A model generated the notes under the pieces. The model was not told the DNA's origin. It searched no databases and saw nothing but the letters and a program-made list of their open reading frames with translations. This document shows, in pieces, positions 26,907-39,800 of a DNA stretch of 64,000 nt. How positions within the stretch are numbered: position 1 is the stretch's first letter; each line of letters begins with the position of its first letter. Both the position numbers and the translations under genes were made by a program. The DNA comes from Ginglymostoma cirratum (taxonomy: Eukaryota), in the NCBI GenBank assembly GCA_024137785.1, contig JAHRHZ010000092.1, positions 563,770-627,769 on the forward strand, written 5' to 3'.

Positions 26907-28264
26907 ATCGTCTCTGGCTGGGGCTGTCCATCATATTTCACCGTAAGCTTTTGTTTTCAAACGACAATTCGCATTCTGAACTCTTATTTCTCTATTTTTC
27001 TAATATATTGTTGTATATTTTATTTCTGTATTTTTCTATTCTTTTCCCCAAGAATGCGTACTTAAGAAAACCCGAAAGAACTGCGGACGCTGTAAATCAG
27101 GACCAAAACAAGAGTTGGTGGAAAAGCTCTGTAGGTCTGGCAGCAACTGTGAAGAAACAAATCAGAGTTAACGTTTCGGGTCCGGGGACCCTTCCTCAGA
27201 ACTGTTGGTTGCTCTGGACAACGTCGGTTTATATGCAGAAAATAGGAAGGGGGTGGAGTAGAGAGTAAACAATAGGATAAAGGATAGAGCCCAAAGAGAA
27301 AGAAGAGCATAGACAAAGGAATTGATAACGATCTGGCTAGGAGAGTGAATGGTTGTTAGTGGGGACTGTCAGTGACTAACAATAGGTAGTGTGTAATGGC
27401 AGGCTACGTGATAACAAGGCCTGATATTTGGGGTAGGGGGCTAAGACATTGGAGTGTTTAGGCTCTAAAATTATTGAACTGGGTATTGATTCTGGAGGGC
27501 TGCAGGGTCCACAAGCGGAAAATGAGCTGTTGGTCCTCCAGCTTGCATGAGCTTCGCTGGAACACTGCAGCAAGCCTGAGACAGAGGGAGGGTGGTGTGT
27601 TAAACAGGCCAGGGAGCAGGGTGGTGTGTTAAATTGGCAGGCAACTGGAAGCTCAGGATCTTTGTACCTAGGTACCTTGCTGCCTAAGATAGCGCTGTTA
27701 AGTGGTTAGTTGTAAACTCTTCACTGTACTCGTGTGAGCATACGTGCCAATAAAGCTAATTCTAAATTGTCAAATTCTTTATTGAACACCTAACATTCGT
27801 TTACACAGGATTCCCTCCTCCTGCTCACTTTTTGTCCTCTTTCTATTTCTCTTAATTTAACTTTCTTTTCCCTCCTTCTTGTTTCTCCACGGTTCATGGT
27901 GTTGTTATTTTCCGATGTCTTCCTATCCCTGCCTTTTCTACAACTGTGAGGTCGCACACTTTGCCAGTTTCCCTTCGCCGTCTCCAAATGACCTGGGAAT
28001 AGAATGAACTGCAGTGTACATATGAGAGGAGTGGTGCCTTTGATGTTGACGAAAGCAGACAATCCTTGGGAACGGTGCTGCACTTCTCGTTTCACTTTGG
28101 TGCTGCATATCATGTGAATCCAGAGAGCCAGTGGATGGTTTCACCGCCGAGCGACCAACAGGTTCCACGTTCTAGTTGAAGACCGCACGCCTCGAGGTGA
28201 TTCATTCGGCCGTTGATTATTGTGTTCACAGTGACAGAGAGATGTGAGCAGGTCAACAAAAACT
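26907..28264 (+). pseudogene. TRBV: TRBV30-like pseudogene V6; decayed leader ~26907-26942, intron expanded by repeat insertions, V exon ~27943-28226, RSS 28227-28264
   Basis: Leader remnant ...atcatatttcacc|gtaag; V remnants gaactgcagtgt, gtggatggtttcaccgccgagcgacc, cattcggccg; stops and frameshifts; CACAGTG + 22 nt + ACAAAAACT. Confidence 0.85.
27066..27662 (-). mobile_element. Penelope 3' fragment (second family) in the V6 intron; short relatives at 22404-22504 and 61489-61648
   Basis: LEDQQLIFRLWTLQPSRINTQFNNF on the minus strand; end aaccgaaagaactgcgga; relatives have TSDs aatattctggg and ctatcaacat. Confidence 0.8.
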
Positions 28265-28879
28265 CCAAAGATGGCATAAATATCTGTTTAATTAAAAAAA
28301 CATACATTACTATGTGTTCACAGGGAATGCTAACAGAAGACATAAGCGAAGTCTTCAAACTAGGGTTTTAAGAAGGATCCCGACCCGAATCATTGACTTT
28401 CCTACTCTGATGCTGCCTTACCTACTGTGCTCCTCCAGCTCCAGACTGTGTTGACTCTGACTCCAGCATCTGCAGTTCCTATTATCTCTTTAAAATTCTG
28501 ACATGGAATGCAAGGGGTAAACGGTCAGCTGCACATAAATTCAGAAGTAGACGTTATAAAGATGAAATGGGAAGACGTTGACATATTGGGATTGTGTCTA
28601 GATCACTGTATCGGAATTGGAATTTAAAACAATGGTGTTAAACATATACAAGGCAATTGTGCACCATTGTCTCATCTCCATTAGACCATAAGACATAGAG
28701 CCAGAAGTAGCCATTCAGCTCATTCAGTCTGCTCCGCCATTCAATGAGGTCATGGCTTATCTGCTTACTTTGTTGCCTTCTCTCATAACCCTTACTGAAA
28801 TATTGTGTATCTTAGCCTTGAGTGTACGGAATGACCCAGCTTCAATAGTCCTCCGTGGCAAACAATTCCCTAGATACAT

Positions 28880-30335
28880 GGCTCTGACAACACTCTAGCA
28901 ATAGCAGTGACGATTTGTGATCCTGAACTAGCCGCACTCCTGGGCCAACTTGTACGTGCACAGCTGCAGCACTGGCATTTACCTGACAATGTGGAAAGTT
29001 GTCTTGGAATATCCTGTATACGAAACGGGAACAATCCGACACAGCCAGTCACTGCCTCATCAGTCTACTCTTGATCATCATTAAGGTGATGGAAGTGGTC
29101 ACAACAGCACTTGTTTAGAAATAACCTGTTTCCTGACGTTCAGTTTGAATTCCTTCAAAGACACTCCGCTCTTGACCTCATTACAATTTTTGTTAAATAT
29201 GGCAAAAATAGCTGAATTCCAGTGGTGATATAAAAACAACTGTTCTTGGCATCAAGACAGCATGAATGTGACATCAATTAACCCCTAGCTAAATTACAGT
29301 TAGTGGGAACAAAAGGAAACCGTCCATTGGCTGCAGTCACACCTGGCACAAAGGATGACTGTGGTGGTAATTGCAGGCCAGTCATCTCAATCCCAGGATA
29401 TCACAGCAGGTGATCCTCAGGGTAATGTCCTCAGCCCAACCATCTTCAGCTTCTTCATAAACGACCTTCCTTCCAACATCAGGTCAGAAGTGATGTTGTT
29501 CAGCATCATTTGGGACTCCTCAGAAAGCGAAGCAGTCAATGTCCATATGCAGGAAGTTTGGTGAAACATCAAGATTGTGCTGACAAGTGGCAATTAACAT
29601 CCCCATCATACAAACGCCAGACAAACATCATCTCCGGCAACAGAGAATCGAACCATCACTGCCTAGCATTCAAATACATTACCATCACTGAATCAGCCAC
29701 TGCCAACAGGCCTGAATTGACCAGAAATAAAATTGGACTATTCATATGAATTCATATCAGCAGCAGGTCAAAGTTGAGGAATTCTGCTAAGAACAATTCA
29801 CTTCATGTTTCCTCAAAGCATGCCGACCATTTACAAGGCACGAGGTGCATGGGAGTGTGATGGAATATGTCCCACTTGCCTGGATGGGTGCACTCCAACA
29901 ATGCTCAAGAAGGTCGGAAGCATCCAAGGCAAAGCAACCTGCTTGATCTCACCATGCCTTCAACATCTCAGGTTCACTCCCTTTTTTTAACCAACGGGCA
30001 GTGGAAGTAGTGAGCACCATCCAAATGATGCAAAGTTGTAACTCACCAAGGCTTCTTTGACAGTATGTTCCTAACCCACAACTACTATCATCTGGAAGGA
30101 CAAGGGCAGCAGATGCTTAGGAACACAACCAACCGCAAATGCCCATCCAAGTCACGCAGCATCCTAACTTGGAAATATGTCATGTTGCTTTACAAGGGCT
30201 GGGTCTAACTTTTGCAAACACTGAGGGTGGTACCACCACTTCGGTTCAAGAAGGCTGTCGCATTCTACAGGGTAATTAGGGATGGACAATACATGCTGGC
30301 ATGACCAACGGCCACCAAGTCCCATGAATAAATAA
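28880..30335 (+). mobile_element. Decayed non-LTR retrotransposon (clade not assigned) sharing its 3' tail with SINEs
   Basis: RT remnants (GDPQGNVLSPTIFSFFINDL, ADKWQLT); tail gggtaattagggatggacaata...cccatgaataaataaaa. Confidence 0.7.
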
Positions 30336-31401
30336 AAAGGGATAACGAAACATATTCTTCTCCCAGCACCAGTTCTGACGTATTTGAATCCAATTTAAAC
30401 CTAGAGATGGAATCGAATTGAGAGATTTAGGTATGGAGTTGCAAAGTCAGAGAAGCTACAAAATAATTGTACATTCGTGGTCGATGGACAAAAGGAGCTG
30501 ATTAAACAAGAAAGAAGGATAGAAATAATCGCAAGAAGACTGAAAGAAGGATGAAGGGAAGAAAGGAAAACCGAAGGTGACGAAAATAACAAGACGTGGG
30601 TTTTTTGTTCTGAAGACAAGAATGCTGGAAATCTCAGCGTGTCAGGCAGCATTCGCAGAGAGAGAGAGAGCAAGCTAACATTTCGAGTCTAGACGACTCT
30701 TCATCATGGGGTTTTGTTCTGTGATGCCGATTTATTTCTCCACAGGTTCAGCAGAAGGCACTCTTCACCAACGTCTGACCGTTTTCGGACAGGAGGAGAT
30801 GATTCAGCGTATCTATAGCCTGTTACAAATGAAGAAGGCGAAGCCACTTAGCCCTCATTGCGAGCTTTTTACGCAGAAACGCGAGGAACCCATCTCGATA
30901 ACGTGAAACAGGAATTATTTTCCATTCAACCCCATTGGTCGTGTTACATATTCTTAGGAGGAGACTAATTCGACACCCCCCCTCCCCGAGGCATCAATAC
31001 AGGAATAGAGGGGAAAGTTTTGCCCACTGAGATATGTTTACTAGAACAAGATGAGGAGGAGGCATTCAACACATTGCGTTTCTTGCACTGGATCACCATA
31101 AGTTCCTTTCAGTTCTTCGAAGCTGTTACACAGGATGTTAGGTTGTAACTCGCCAAGGCAATCATTCAGATAAGACATCTTCAGGAATTCTGTGTGTAAG
31201 TGGGAATCCAGATACGTTTAATCGAGCTTTCCTTAAAATAGCTAAAGAGGAATTCAACTTAATTTGCACACTGATTCTGATAGGGTAGAACGGCAAGGGG
31301 TGTGTCCACGTTCTTGATATCTTGGGCTTTTGCTGATTGATTTCAGAAGATTCCACGCTCCTCCGACAATTGATTTACTAAGATAAAATTGCAAATACAA
31401 G

Positions 31402-31894
31402 ATGTATCTGTTACTTGGTCTATTGATCATCTTCCACAGTAAGCAAATTTTCAAAAGAAAACTCCTATATTTGATCTTTCTTTACTTTCATTTATTTCGT
31501 TTTTTTATATTTTGTTTCGTTCTTTCTATCTCCATCTCTCCTTTTTTTCCGTTATCCGAATGATCGAACTTAACGAGTTTTCTCCTCTCTTTGTACAGGG
31601 GTAGATTCGCAGACTATTCGCCAGACTCCAGCAGCCGTATCGAACAATCCTGGGGAAAAAGTCGAACTGAAGTGCACTGTACTGAGCACCAGCAATACTA
31701 ACATGTACTGGTACAGGCAACACCCGGGGAGAGAGCCGCAGCTGATGTTTTACTCCTTGATAACTAAGTCTGTGGATCCAGCGACTGCGCTTGACGGTTT
31801 CACCGCCGAGCGACCGAGTAGCTCCGAGTTCTACCTGAAGGCCGCCAGCCTGTGGGTGAATCACTCGGCCGTGTATTACTGCGCCTGGAGTCTT
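31402..31894 (+). CDS. TRBV: TCR beta V segment V7 (TRBV30-like); leader 31402-31438, V exon 31599-31894
   Basis: Leader MYLLLGLLIIFH A|gtaag; acceptor ttgtacag|GG; open frame VDSQTIRQTP...LKCTV...MYWYRQ...NHSAVYYCAWSL. Confidence 0.93.
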
Positions 31895-31933
31895 CACGGT
31901 GACTCGGAGAGAGGGAGCAGCTCAACAAAAACC
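31895..31933 (+). promoter_or_regulatory. 23-RSS of V7 (variant heptamer CACGGTG)
   Basis: CACGGTG + 23 nt + ACAAAAACC. Confidence 0.94.
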
Positions 31934-32374
31934 CCAAAGCCTGCCGGCAATTACCGTTCTGAACAAACCGCTGTACAGGCTGGGCACGCTGTTATTTTGT
32001 AGAACGAACACGTTTGTCACATTAAGAATTACTATGCAAGGAAAAGAGCGATTTATTGGCGGATTTAAGATAAGTGCACCCTGTTCTTGAAAATGGAATC
32101 AGCAGATCAGGATGATTTTGAACAGTTGACAAAGTTAGCTCTGTGTAAAACATTAAAATACCAAACACAGAAAAAACGAAAGATAGAATCAAAACAGAAA
32201 CCAACTGATATTTAGATAAGAACAAATCGAAAGGGAAAAAGTCTTCGGTTTTGGCGCAGAGTCGGAGTTTCCATTCCCAAAATGGTCACCAGAGGCCGCT
32301 ATAGCACAACGCAATACATTGAGGAGCACTGGAGAAGGTGAAAGGAAAAATTAGCGGGAGACTGAGAAAAAAGG

Positions 32375-32774
32375 NNNNNNNNNNNNNNNNNNNNNNNNNN
32401 NNNNNNNNNNNNNNNNNNNNNNNNNNNNNNNNNNNNNNNNNNNNNNNNNNNNNNNNNNNNNNNNNNNNNNNNNNNNNNNNNNNNNNNNNNNNNNNNNNNN
32501 NNNNNNNNNNNNNNNNNNNNNNNNNNNNNNNNNNNNNNNNNNNNNNNNNNNNNNNNNNNNNNNNNNNNNNNNNNNNNNNNNNNNNNNNNNNNNNNNNNNN
32601 NNNNNNNNNNNNNNNNNNNNNNNNNNNNNNNNNNNNNNNNNNNNNNNNNNNNNNNNNNNNNNNNNNNNNNNNNNNNNNNNNNNNNNNNNNNNNNNNNNNN
32701 NNNNNNNNNNNNNNNNNNNNNNNNNNNNNNNNNNNNNNNNNNNNNNNNNNNNNNNNNNNNNNNNNNNNNNNNNN
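32375..32774. other. Assembly gap (400 N)
   Basis: N run; right side begins inside a PLE terminus. Confidence 1.
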
Positions 32775-32847
32775 TCCTCTCCTCTATCCATCCTCTATCC
32801 GCCTCCCCCTCTCTCCCTATTTATTTCAGAACCCTCTTCCCCTCCCC

Positions 32848-32885
32848 CATTTCTGATGAAGGGTTTAGGCCCGAAACGTCAAGTG
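32848..32885 (+). ncRNA. Minimal hammerhead ribozyme motif in a PLE terminus (representative copy)
   Basis: cattt-CTGATGA-a-GGGT ttag GCCC-GAAA-cg-TC-aagtg: core, stem II, ACGT palindrome in place of stem III, stem I cattt/aagtg. Confidence 0.7.
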
Positions 32886-33036
32886 TTCCTGCTCCTATGA
32901 TGCTGCTTGACCTGCTGTGTTCATCCTGCCCCATGCTTGTTAGCGGGAGACTGTTAGGGTTCAGACATTACAATTATCAGGCAAGGTACATTTTTTAAAA
33001 TGTGAATGGAACAAGAAGATTGAGTGCAGAACTGAT

Positions 33037-33163
33037 CGGTATTGCCTGTACCAGTGCATGTGAGGATCGCTGGTGCTTAGTAAGTTGCTCTTCAGTTCCA
33101 TTCCTCTCTGAGGATTGCTGGACACCGCTCCTGGAGTCTGGCGCATAGTCTTCGAATCAATGC
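33037..33163 (-). pseudogene. TRBV: Inverted, 3'-truncated TRBV30-like fragment V8
   Basis: Minus strand: acceptor gtcccag, then IDSKTMRQTPGAVSSNPQRGMELKSNLLSTSDPHMHWYRQY (aligns to V3/V7 FR1-FR2, Cys lost); no 3' half and no RSS. Confidence 0.85.
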
Positions 33164-35409
33164 CTGGGACAAAGACAAAGACAAAGAACTGGTACAAGGG
33201 ACACATGTTTAAGGTGAAAGGCAGGAGGTTTAGACAGCACTTGAGGAAAGAAAATCACCCAGAGGGTGTTAGGGAACTGAACAGTTAATAGTTAACGTAT
33301 AGTTTGAGTTATAGGGACAAGTTGAACTGGCTGGGGCTTTTTTCCCTGAAGCGTTGAAGGCCGAGGGGTGACCTTACAGAAGTTTACAAAGTTCTCAGGG
33401 GCGTGGATAGGCTGAATAGACAAGGTCGTTTTCCTAGGGTGGGATTGCATTTAAGGAGCAGTGGCACCTATCTTTCAGATATAGATGAAGATGGTGAGAG
33501 GCAAAGATTTAAAAAGGACCTGAGGGACATTTTTTTCACGCAGAAGGTGGTGCGTGTAGGGTGATGGGTACAATAACAACATTTCAAAGGTATCTGGATG
33601 GGTGTATGAATAGGAAGGATTTAGATGGACATGGATCAAATGCTGGCAAATGGGATTATGTTAGATTGGGATGAATGGTCAGCGTGGAAGAGTTGGACAA
33701 AAGGGTCTGTTTCTATGCTGTATGAGTCTATAACTATGGCTCCATGACTCTTCATTTTCTGGATGAACTCAATCCATTCCTGCTGGAGTTATCATTGCAT
33801 TTAAGGACAAGTGGCACCTATCTTTCAGATAGAGATGGAGATGGTACAAATCAATCTAAGCTATGCAACAAAAATAGAGAAGGAAGAAGAAAACAATGAT
33901 GAAAAAAGAGAATGGCTGGGGAAAGAACAATAGAGATGTGGGATAATGGAATGACTGATAACCTCTGAGAAGCTAAAATTCCGTTTATTTCTTCAAATGT
34001 ACTCTAGATGACAGAGGAGCAGGAAAGTCGGGTTTCAGGTCGAGACCCTTCATCAGGACTCTGCTGTTTCTTCAGCTCCACATCGTATCGACTCTGACCC
34101 TCTGAGGCTGCCTGACCTGTTGTGCTCCTTCAGCTCCGCACTGTATTCCAGCATCTGCAGTTCTTGCTATCTTCAGTAAAGATCAATGTCAGTTTTGAAA
34201 TGTAAAATTGTCCCAACTACCCACAACCTTTTGCCTGGTGATAGTTCCAGATTTTCATCATTTTCTATGCAGCAAAATACTCCTGATATCACCACCATTG
34301 AAAGACGTGGTTATTTCTGTGAAGTATCGTCTCGTGGTTCTGTGTGGATTTTGCAAATACTCCCTGTGTCTGTGTGGGTTTCCATCAGGTGCTATGGTTT
34401 CCGCCCAGAGTCCAAAGATGTGCAAGTTAAGTAGATTAAACGTAGAAACATAGAAGATAGGAGCAGAGGAGGCTATTTGGCCCTTAGACCCTGCTCCACC
34501 ATTCTTCACCATCGTAGCTGATCGTCCAACCCAATAGCCTAATCCTGATTTCTCCCCATAACCTTTGATTCCATTCGCACCAAGTGCTATATTTTGTCAC
34601 CCCTTGAATATATTCAGTGTTCTGGCATCAACTACTTCCTGTGGTAATAATTTCACAGGGTCACCACTCTTTGGATGAAGAAAGTTGCCTCATCTCCGTC
34701 CTAAATCGTCTACTCTGAATCCTCATATTGTGATCCCTGGTTTTGGATACACCAACCACCGGGAACATCTTCCCTGCATCTACCCTGTCCAGTCCTAATA
34801 GACAGGGTAGATGTAGCCATGGTAACTTACAGCGTAGTGCCCAGCAATATGCAGGCTAGGTGGGTTAACTATGGTAAAAGTGGGGATAGGGAGGGCTTGC
34901 TGTGCCTGGGTAGGGAGCTCTTCAGAGAGTCAATGCAGTATTGGTGGCAAAATGGCCAATTTCTGTACTGTAGGGATTTTATTCCATGATTATTTCTATG
35001 TTCTGCTTTCTGAAATGCTTCAAAGTCCTTGTTTTGTTAATACATCAATATTTAATACCGAAGAAAGACAAAGAAATGTTGGTTCACTGTTCATCATGGT
35101 TCCTCTCTTTAGGGCAAGGTTTAGTTTTAGTGAATGAGTTTTGCCACTCCTTGTAAGTCTAATTCATTTTTCTGGGGAATGTGCCCAGGAGTGATGTTCC
35201 TGATGGAAACTGCAGAGTTTTCAACAACTGAAGTAGAACAAACTCCGTTTTGTTTTCCAATTTCATTCAATTAAAAATGCTAGCATTTGATTATAACTTT
35301 ATATTATAGTACTTTACAACATTTTTGCGCATGACTATCAGTTTTTAATAATTAGTAAATCTGAACAACTATAGTTCTTCACAGAATATACTCCGCTAAG
35401 ACAATAAGT

Positions 35410-38400
35410 TCATAAGAAAAATGAACATTATGCCATTCGGCCCCATGAGCCTGTTCACCATTCATTAGGATCATGGTTGATTCAGCATTTCTCACACCCA
35501 CTTTCCTGCCTTTCCTCCAACCATTGATTCCCCTATGCACCAAGGATCAATCTATCCTATCTTTAAATATAAACAAGAACTTTGCCTCGACAAGTCTCTG
35601 TGGCAAGGAATTCCAAAGACTCACAATCTTCTGAGAGAAAAATTCCTCTTTATCAGTCTTAAATTGACATCCCTTTATTCTGATACTGTGCCCTCTGCTC
35701 CTAGACTTTCACATGAGGGAAACATCCTCTCAGCTTTTACCCTGTCGAGCTCTGTAAGAATCCTAAACGTTTCAATTGGACCACCTCTCATTCTTCTAAA
35801 CTCCAGTGAGTAGAGCACCAAACCTTTTTGCTTTTGCTCCTAAGACAATCTGCCCATACTAGGTATCATCTGAGTGAACCTTCTCCGAACTGCCTCCAAA
35901 GAAATAATGTCTTTTTTAAAATAATGGGACCAAAACTGCTCACAGTGCTCCAGATTTGGTCTCACTAGCATCTGGTACAGTTGCAGTAAGACGTCCCTAC
36001 TTTTATATGACAATCACTTTGCAATAAGGGTCAACGTTCCATTAGTCATCCTAATTACCTGCTGCACCCGTGTGTTAGCTTTCTGCATTTTGTGCACAAG
36101 TACGCAGACATTCCTTTGTATTGCATCGTTCTGCATCTTTCCTTCATTTAAATAACACTCAGTTCTTTTGTTCCCCCTTCTAAAAAGGACAAAGAACAAA
36201 CAAAGAACAAAGAAAATTACAGCACAGGAACAGGTCCTTCGGCCCTCCAAGCCTGCGCCGATCGAGATCCTCTGTCTAAACCTGTCATCTATTTTCTAAG
36301 GGTCTGTAGCCCTTTGCTCCCTGTCCATCCATGTACCTGTCCAGATACATCTTAAAAGACACTAACATGTCTGCGTCTACCACCTCCGCTGGCAACATGT
36401 TCCAGGCACCCACCACCCTCTGTGTAAAGAACTTTCCACGCATATCTCCCGTAAACTTTCCTCCTCTGACTTTGAACTCATGACCGCTAGTAAGTGAGTC
36501 CCCCACTCTGGGAAAAAGCTTCTTGCTATCCATCTTGTCTATACCCCTTATGATTTTGTAGACCTCAATCAGGTCCCCCCTCAATCTCCGTATTTCTAAT
36601 GAAAATAATCCTAGTCTACTCAACCTTTCTTCATAGCTAGCGCCCTCCATACCAGGCAACATCCTGGTGAACCTCCTCTGCACCCTCTCCAAAGCATCCA
36701 CATCCTTATGGTAATGTGGCGACCAGAACTGTATGCAGTACTTTAAATGTGGCTGAACCAAAGTCTTATACAACTGTAACATGACCTGCCAACTCTTGTA
36801 CTCAATACCCCGTCCGATGAAGGAAAGCATGCCGTATGCCTTCTTGACCACTCTATTGACCTGCGTTGCCACCTTCAGGGAACAATGGATCTGAACACCC
36901 AGATCTCTCTGCACATCAATTTTCCCCAGGACCTTTCCATTTACTGTATAGTTTGCTCTTGAATTAGATCTTCCAAAATGCATCACTTCGCATTTTCCCG
37001 GATTGAACTCCATCTGCCATTTATCTGTCCAACTCTCCAATCTATCTATATCCTGTTGTAATCTCTGACAGTCTGCTACTCCACCAATCTTCATGTCATC
37101 TGCAAACTTGCTAATCAGACCACCTATACCTTCCTCCAAATCATTTACGTATATCACAAACAACAGTAGTCCCAGCACAGATCCCTGTGGATTACCACTG
37201 GTCACAGGTCTCCAATTTGAGAAATCCCCTTCCACTACTACTCTCTGTCTCCTATTGCCTAGCCAGTTTTTTATCCATCTAGCTAGCACACCCTGGACCC
37301 CATGCGACTTCACTTTCTCCATCAGCCTGCCATGGGGAACCTTATCATACGCCTTACTGAAGTCCATGTATATGACATCTACAGCCTTTCCCTCATCAAT
37401 CAACTTTGTCACGTCCTCAAAGAATTCTACTAAGTTGGTAAGATATGATCTTCCCTGCACAAAACCATGTTGTCTATCACTGATAAGCCCATTTTCTTCC
37501 AAATGGGAATAGATCCTATCCCTCAGTATCTTCTCCAGTAGCTTCCCTACCACTGACGTCAGGCTCACTGGTCGATAATTACCTGGATTATCTCTGCTAC
37601 CCTTCTCAAACAAGGGGACAACAGTAGCAATTCTCCAGTCCTCCCGGACCTCACCTGTGTTTAATGATGCTGCAAAGATATCTGTTAAGGCCCCAGCTAT
37701 TTCCCCTCTCGCTTCCTTCAATAACCTGGGATAGATCCCATCAGGACCTGGGGACTTGTCCACCTTAATGCCTTTTAGGATACCCAACACTTCCTCCCTC
37801 CTTATGCCAACTTGACCTAAAGTAATCAAACATCTATCTCTAACCTCAATATCCGTCATGTCCCTCTCCTTGGTGAATACCGATGCAAAGTATTTGTTAA
37901 GAATGCCACCCATTTTCTCTGACTCAACGCATAACTTTCCTTCTTTGTCCTTAAGTGGGCCAATCCTTTCTCTAGTTACCCTCTTGCCCTTTATATATGA
38001 ATAAAAGGCTTTGGGATTTTCTTTAACCATGTTTGCTAAAGATATCTCATGTCCCCTTTTACTACTTGGTTACTACCTCCTTTCTGTCCAATATTTGGTT
38101 CCCATCCCCCTGCCACATTAGTTTAAACCCTCCCCCACAGCATTAGCAAATTTGTAATAGTCCCACCTTCCCCAGAACCGGTCCCAATGTCCCAAAAATC
38201 TGAACTCCTCCCTCCTGCACCATCTTTCAAGCCACGCATTCATCCTGGCTATTCTTTCATTTCTGCTCTGACTAGCACGTGGCACTAGTAGCAATCCTGA
38301 GATTACTTACTTTGAGGTCTTACTTTTTAACGTGGCTCCTAACTCCCTAAATTTTGCTTGTAGGACCTCATCCCGTTTTCTACCTATATCATTGGTGTCT

Positions 38401-39800
38401 ATATGCACCACGACAACTGGCTGTTCGCCCTCCCCCTTCGGAATGTTCTGCAGCCAATCTGAGACATCCCTGACCCGTGCACCTGGGAGGCAACATACCA
38501 TTCGGGAGTCTCGTTTTCGACCACAGAACCGCCTATCTACTCCCCTTACAATTGAATCCCCAATGACTATAGCCCTTCCACTCTTTTTCCCGCCCTTCTG
38601 TACAGCAGAGCCAGCCACGGCGCCATGAACCTGGCTACAGCTGCCTTCCCCTGGTGAGCCATCTGCCCCAATAGTATCCTTAACGGTATACCTGTCTTGG
38701 AGGGAGATGACCGTTGGGGACACCTACACTGCCTTCCTGCTCTTTCTCTGCGTTTTGGTCACCCATTCCCTTTCTTCCTCAGCAATCCTAATCTGCGGTG
38801 TGACCAATTCGCTAAACGTGCTATCCACGACCCCCTCATCATCGCGTATGCTCCAAAGTGAGTCCATCTGCAGCTCCAGAGCCATCATGCAGTCTAACAA
38901 GAGCAACTTCACCTTATTCCACATTGTATTCAATTTTCCAAGTTTTTGCCCACTTCCTTAACTTATCGATATTGCTCTGCAAACTGTTTGCATCTCCTTT
39001 GTAATTTGCCTTTCCACCTATTTTGTCTTGTCTGTAAATTTGACTATCACATATTTGCTTCCCTCCTCCAAGTCAGTAATATATGTATTGTAAACAGGTC
39101 CCATCCCAGAGCTGATCCTTGTGGAACTCCACTGGTTACAGGTTGCCAACCTGAAAAAGGGTTCAGACACGAAATGTTGACTTTCCTGCTCCTCAGGTGC
39201 TGTCTGACCTGCTGCGCTTTTCTAGCTCCACATTTTTTGGACTTTAGCTTCCAGTGTGTGCAGTCCTTATCTCCACCTGCTGTTTCCTGCCCTTCAGTCA
39301 ATATTCTATCTGCACCAATGTGCTACCTCAAACACCGTGGGCTCTTATCTTATGGCTTAACATTTTGTGAGGTACCTTATCAAACACCTTCTGGAATTGC
39401 AAATGAAATACATCTACACAGTTCCCTTTATCCACTCTGGTTGAAACTTTCTCGAAGACAGGCACATCGTTCCTTTCATAAGCCATGCTAACTCATTTCG
39501 ATTACATTTTGATTCTCCAAATGTGCTATTACTTCCTTGATAACTGATTTCAGAATTTTCCCATTAATAGATTTTACGTTAATTGGCTATTGTTACTTTT
39601 TGCCTCCCTCCCTTTTTGAATAGGACTGTCATATTGACAGTTTTCCAATCCTCCAGTACTTCTCTGGATTCCAAGGATTTTTGGAAATTTACAGCCAAAG
39701 CATTCACTATCCTGTAGCTAATTTTTTGAATCCTCGAATGCAAGTCATCAGGGCCAGAGAGAATTTATCTGCCCTTATCTCCGTTAGTTTGCCTAATACT
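35410..39800 (-). mobile_element. Older CR1 LINE (35410-36180 and 38900-39800) split by the younger CR1
   Basis: Decayed RT remnants continue on both sides (WQPVTSGVPQGSALG at 39047-39301; CR1 3' region at 35420-36180). Confidence 0.75.
36185..38900 (-). mobile_element. Young CR1-clade LINE with internal deletion, nested in an older CR1
   Basis: ORF 36285-38030 has RT motifs (KSPGPDG, NYRPVSLTS, QHGF, DFSKAYD, PQGSVLG, FADD); ORF1 with coiled coil (38724-38933) and SGNH esterase GDSIVR (38307-38723); 3' (TTCTTTG)n-like tail near 36185-36215. Confidence 0.93.

Noticed and set aside
34170-34215. Possible leader of inverted V8 on the minus strand
   Set aside because: Only weak similarity (atctttact gaag); no ATG or intact donor.
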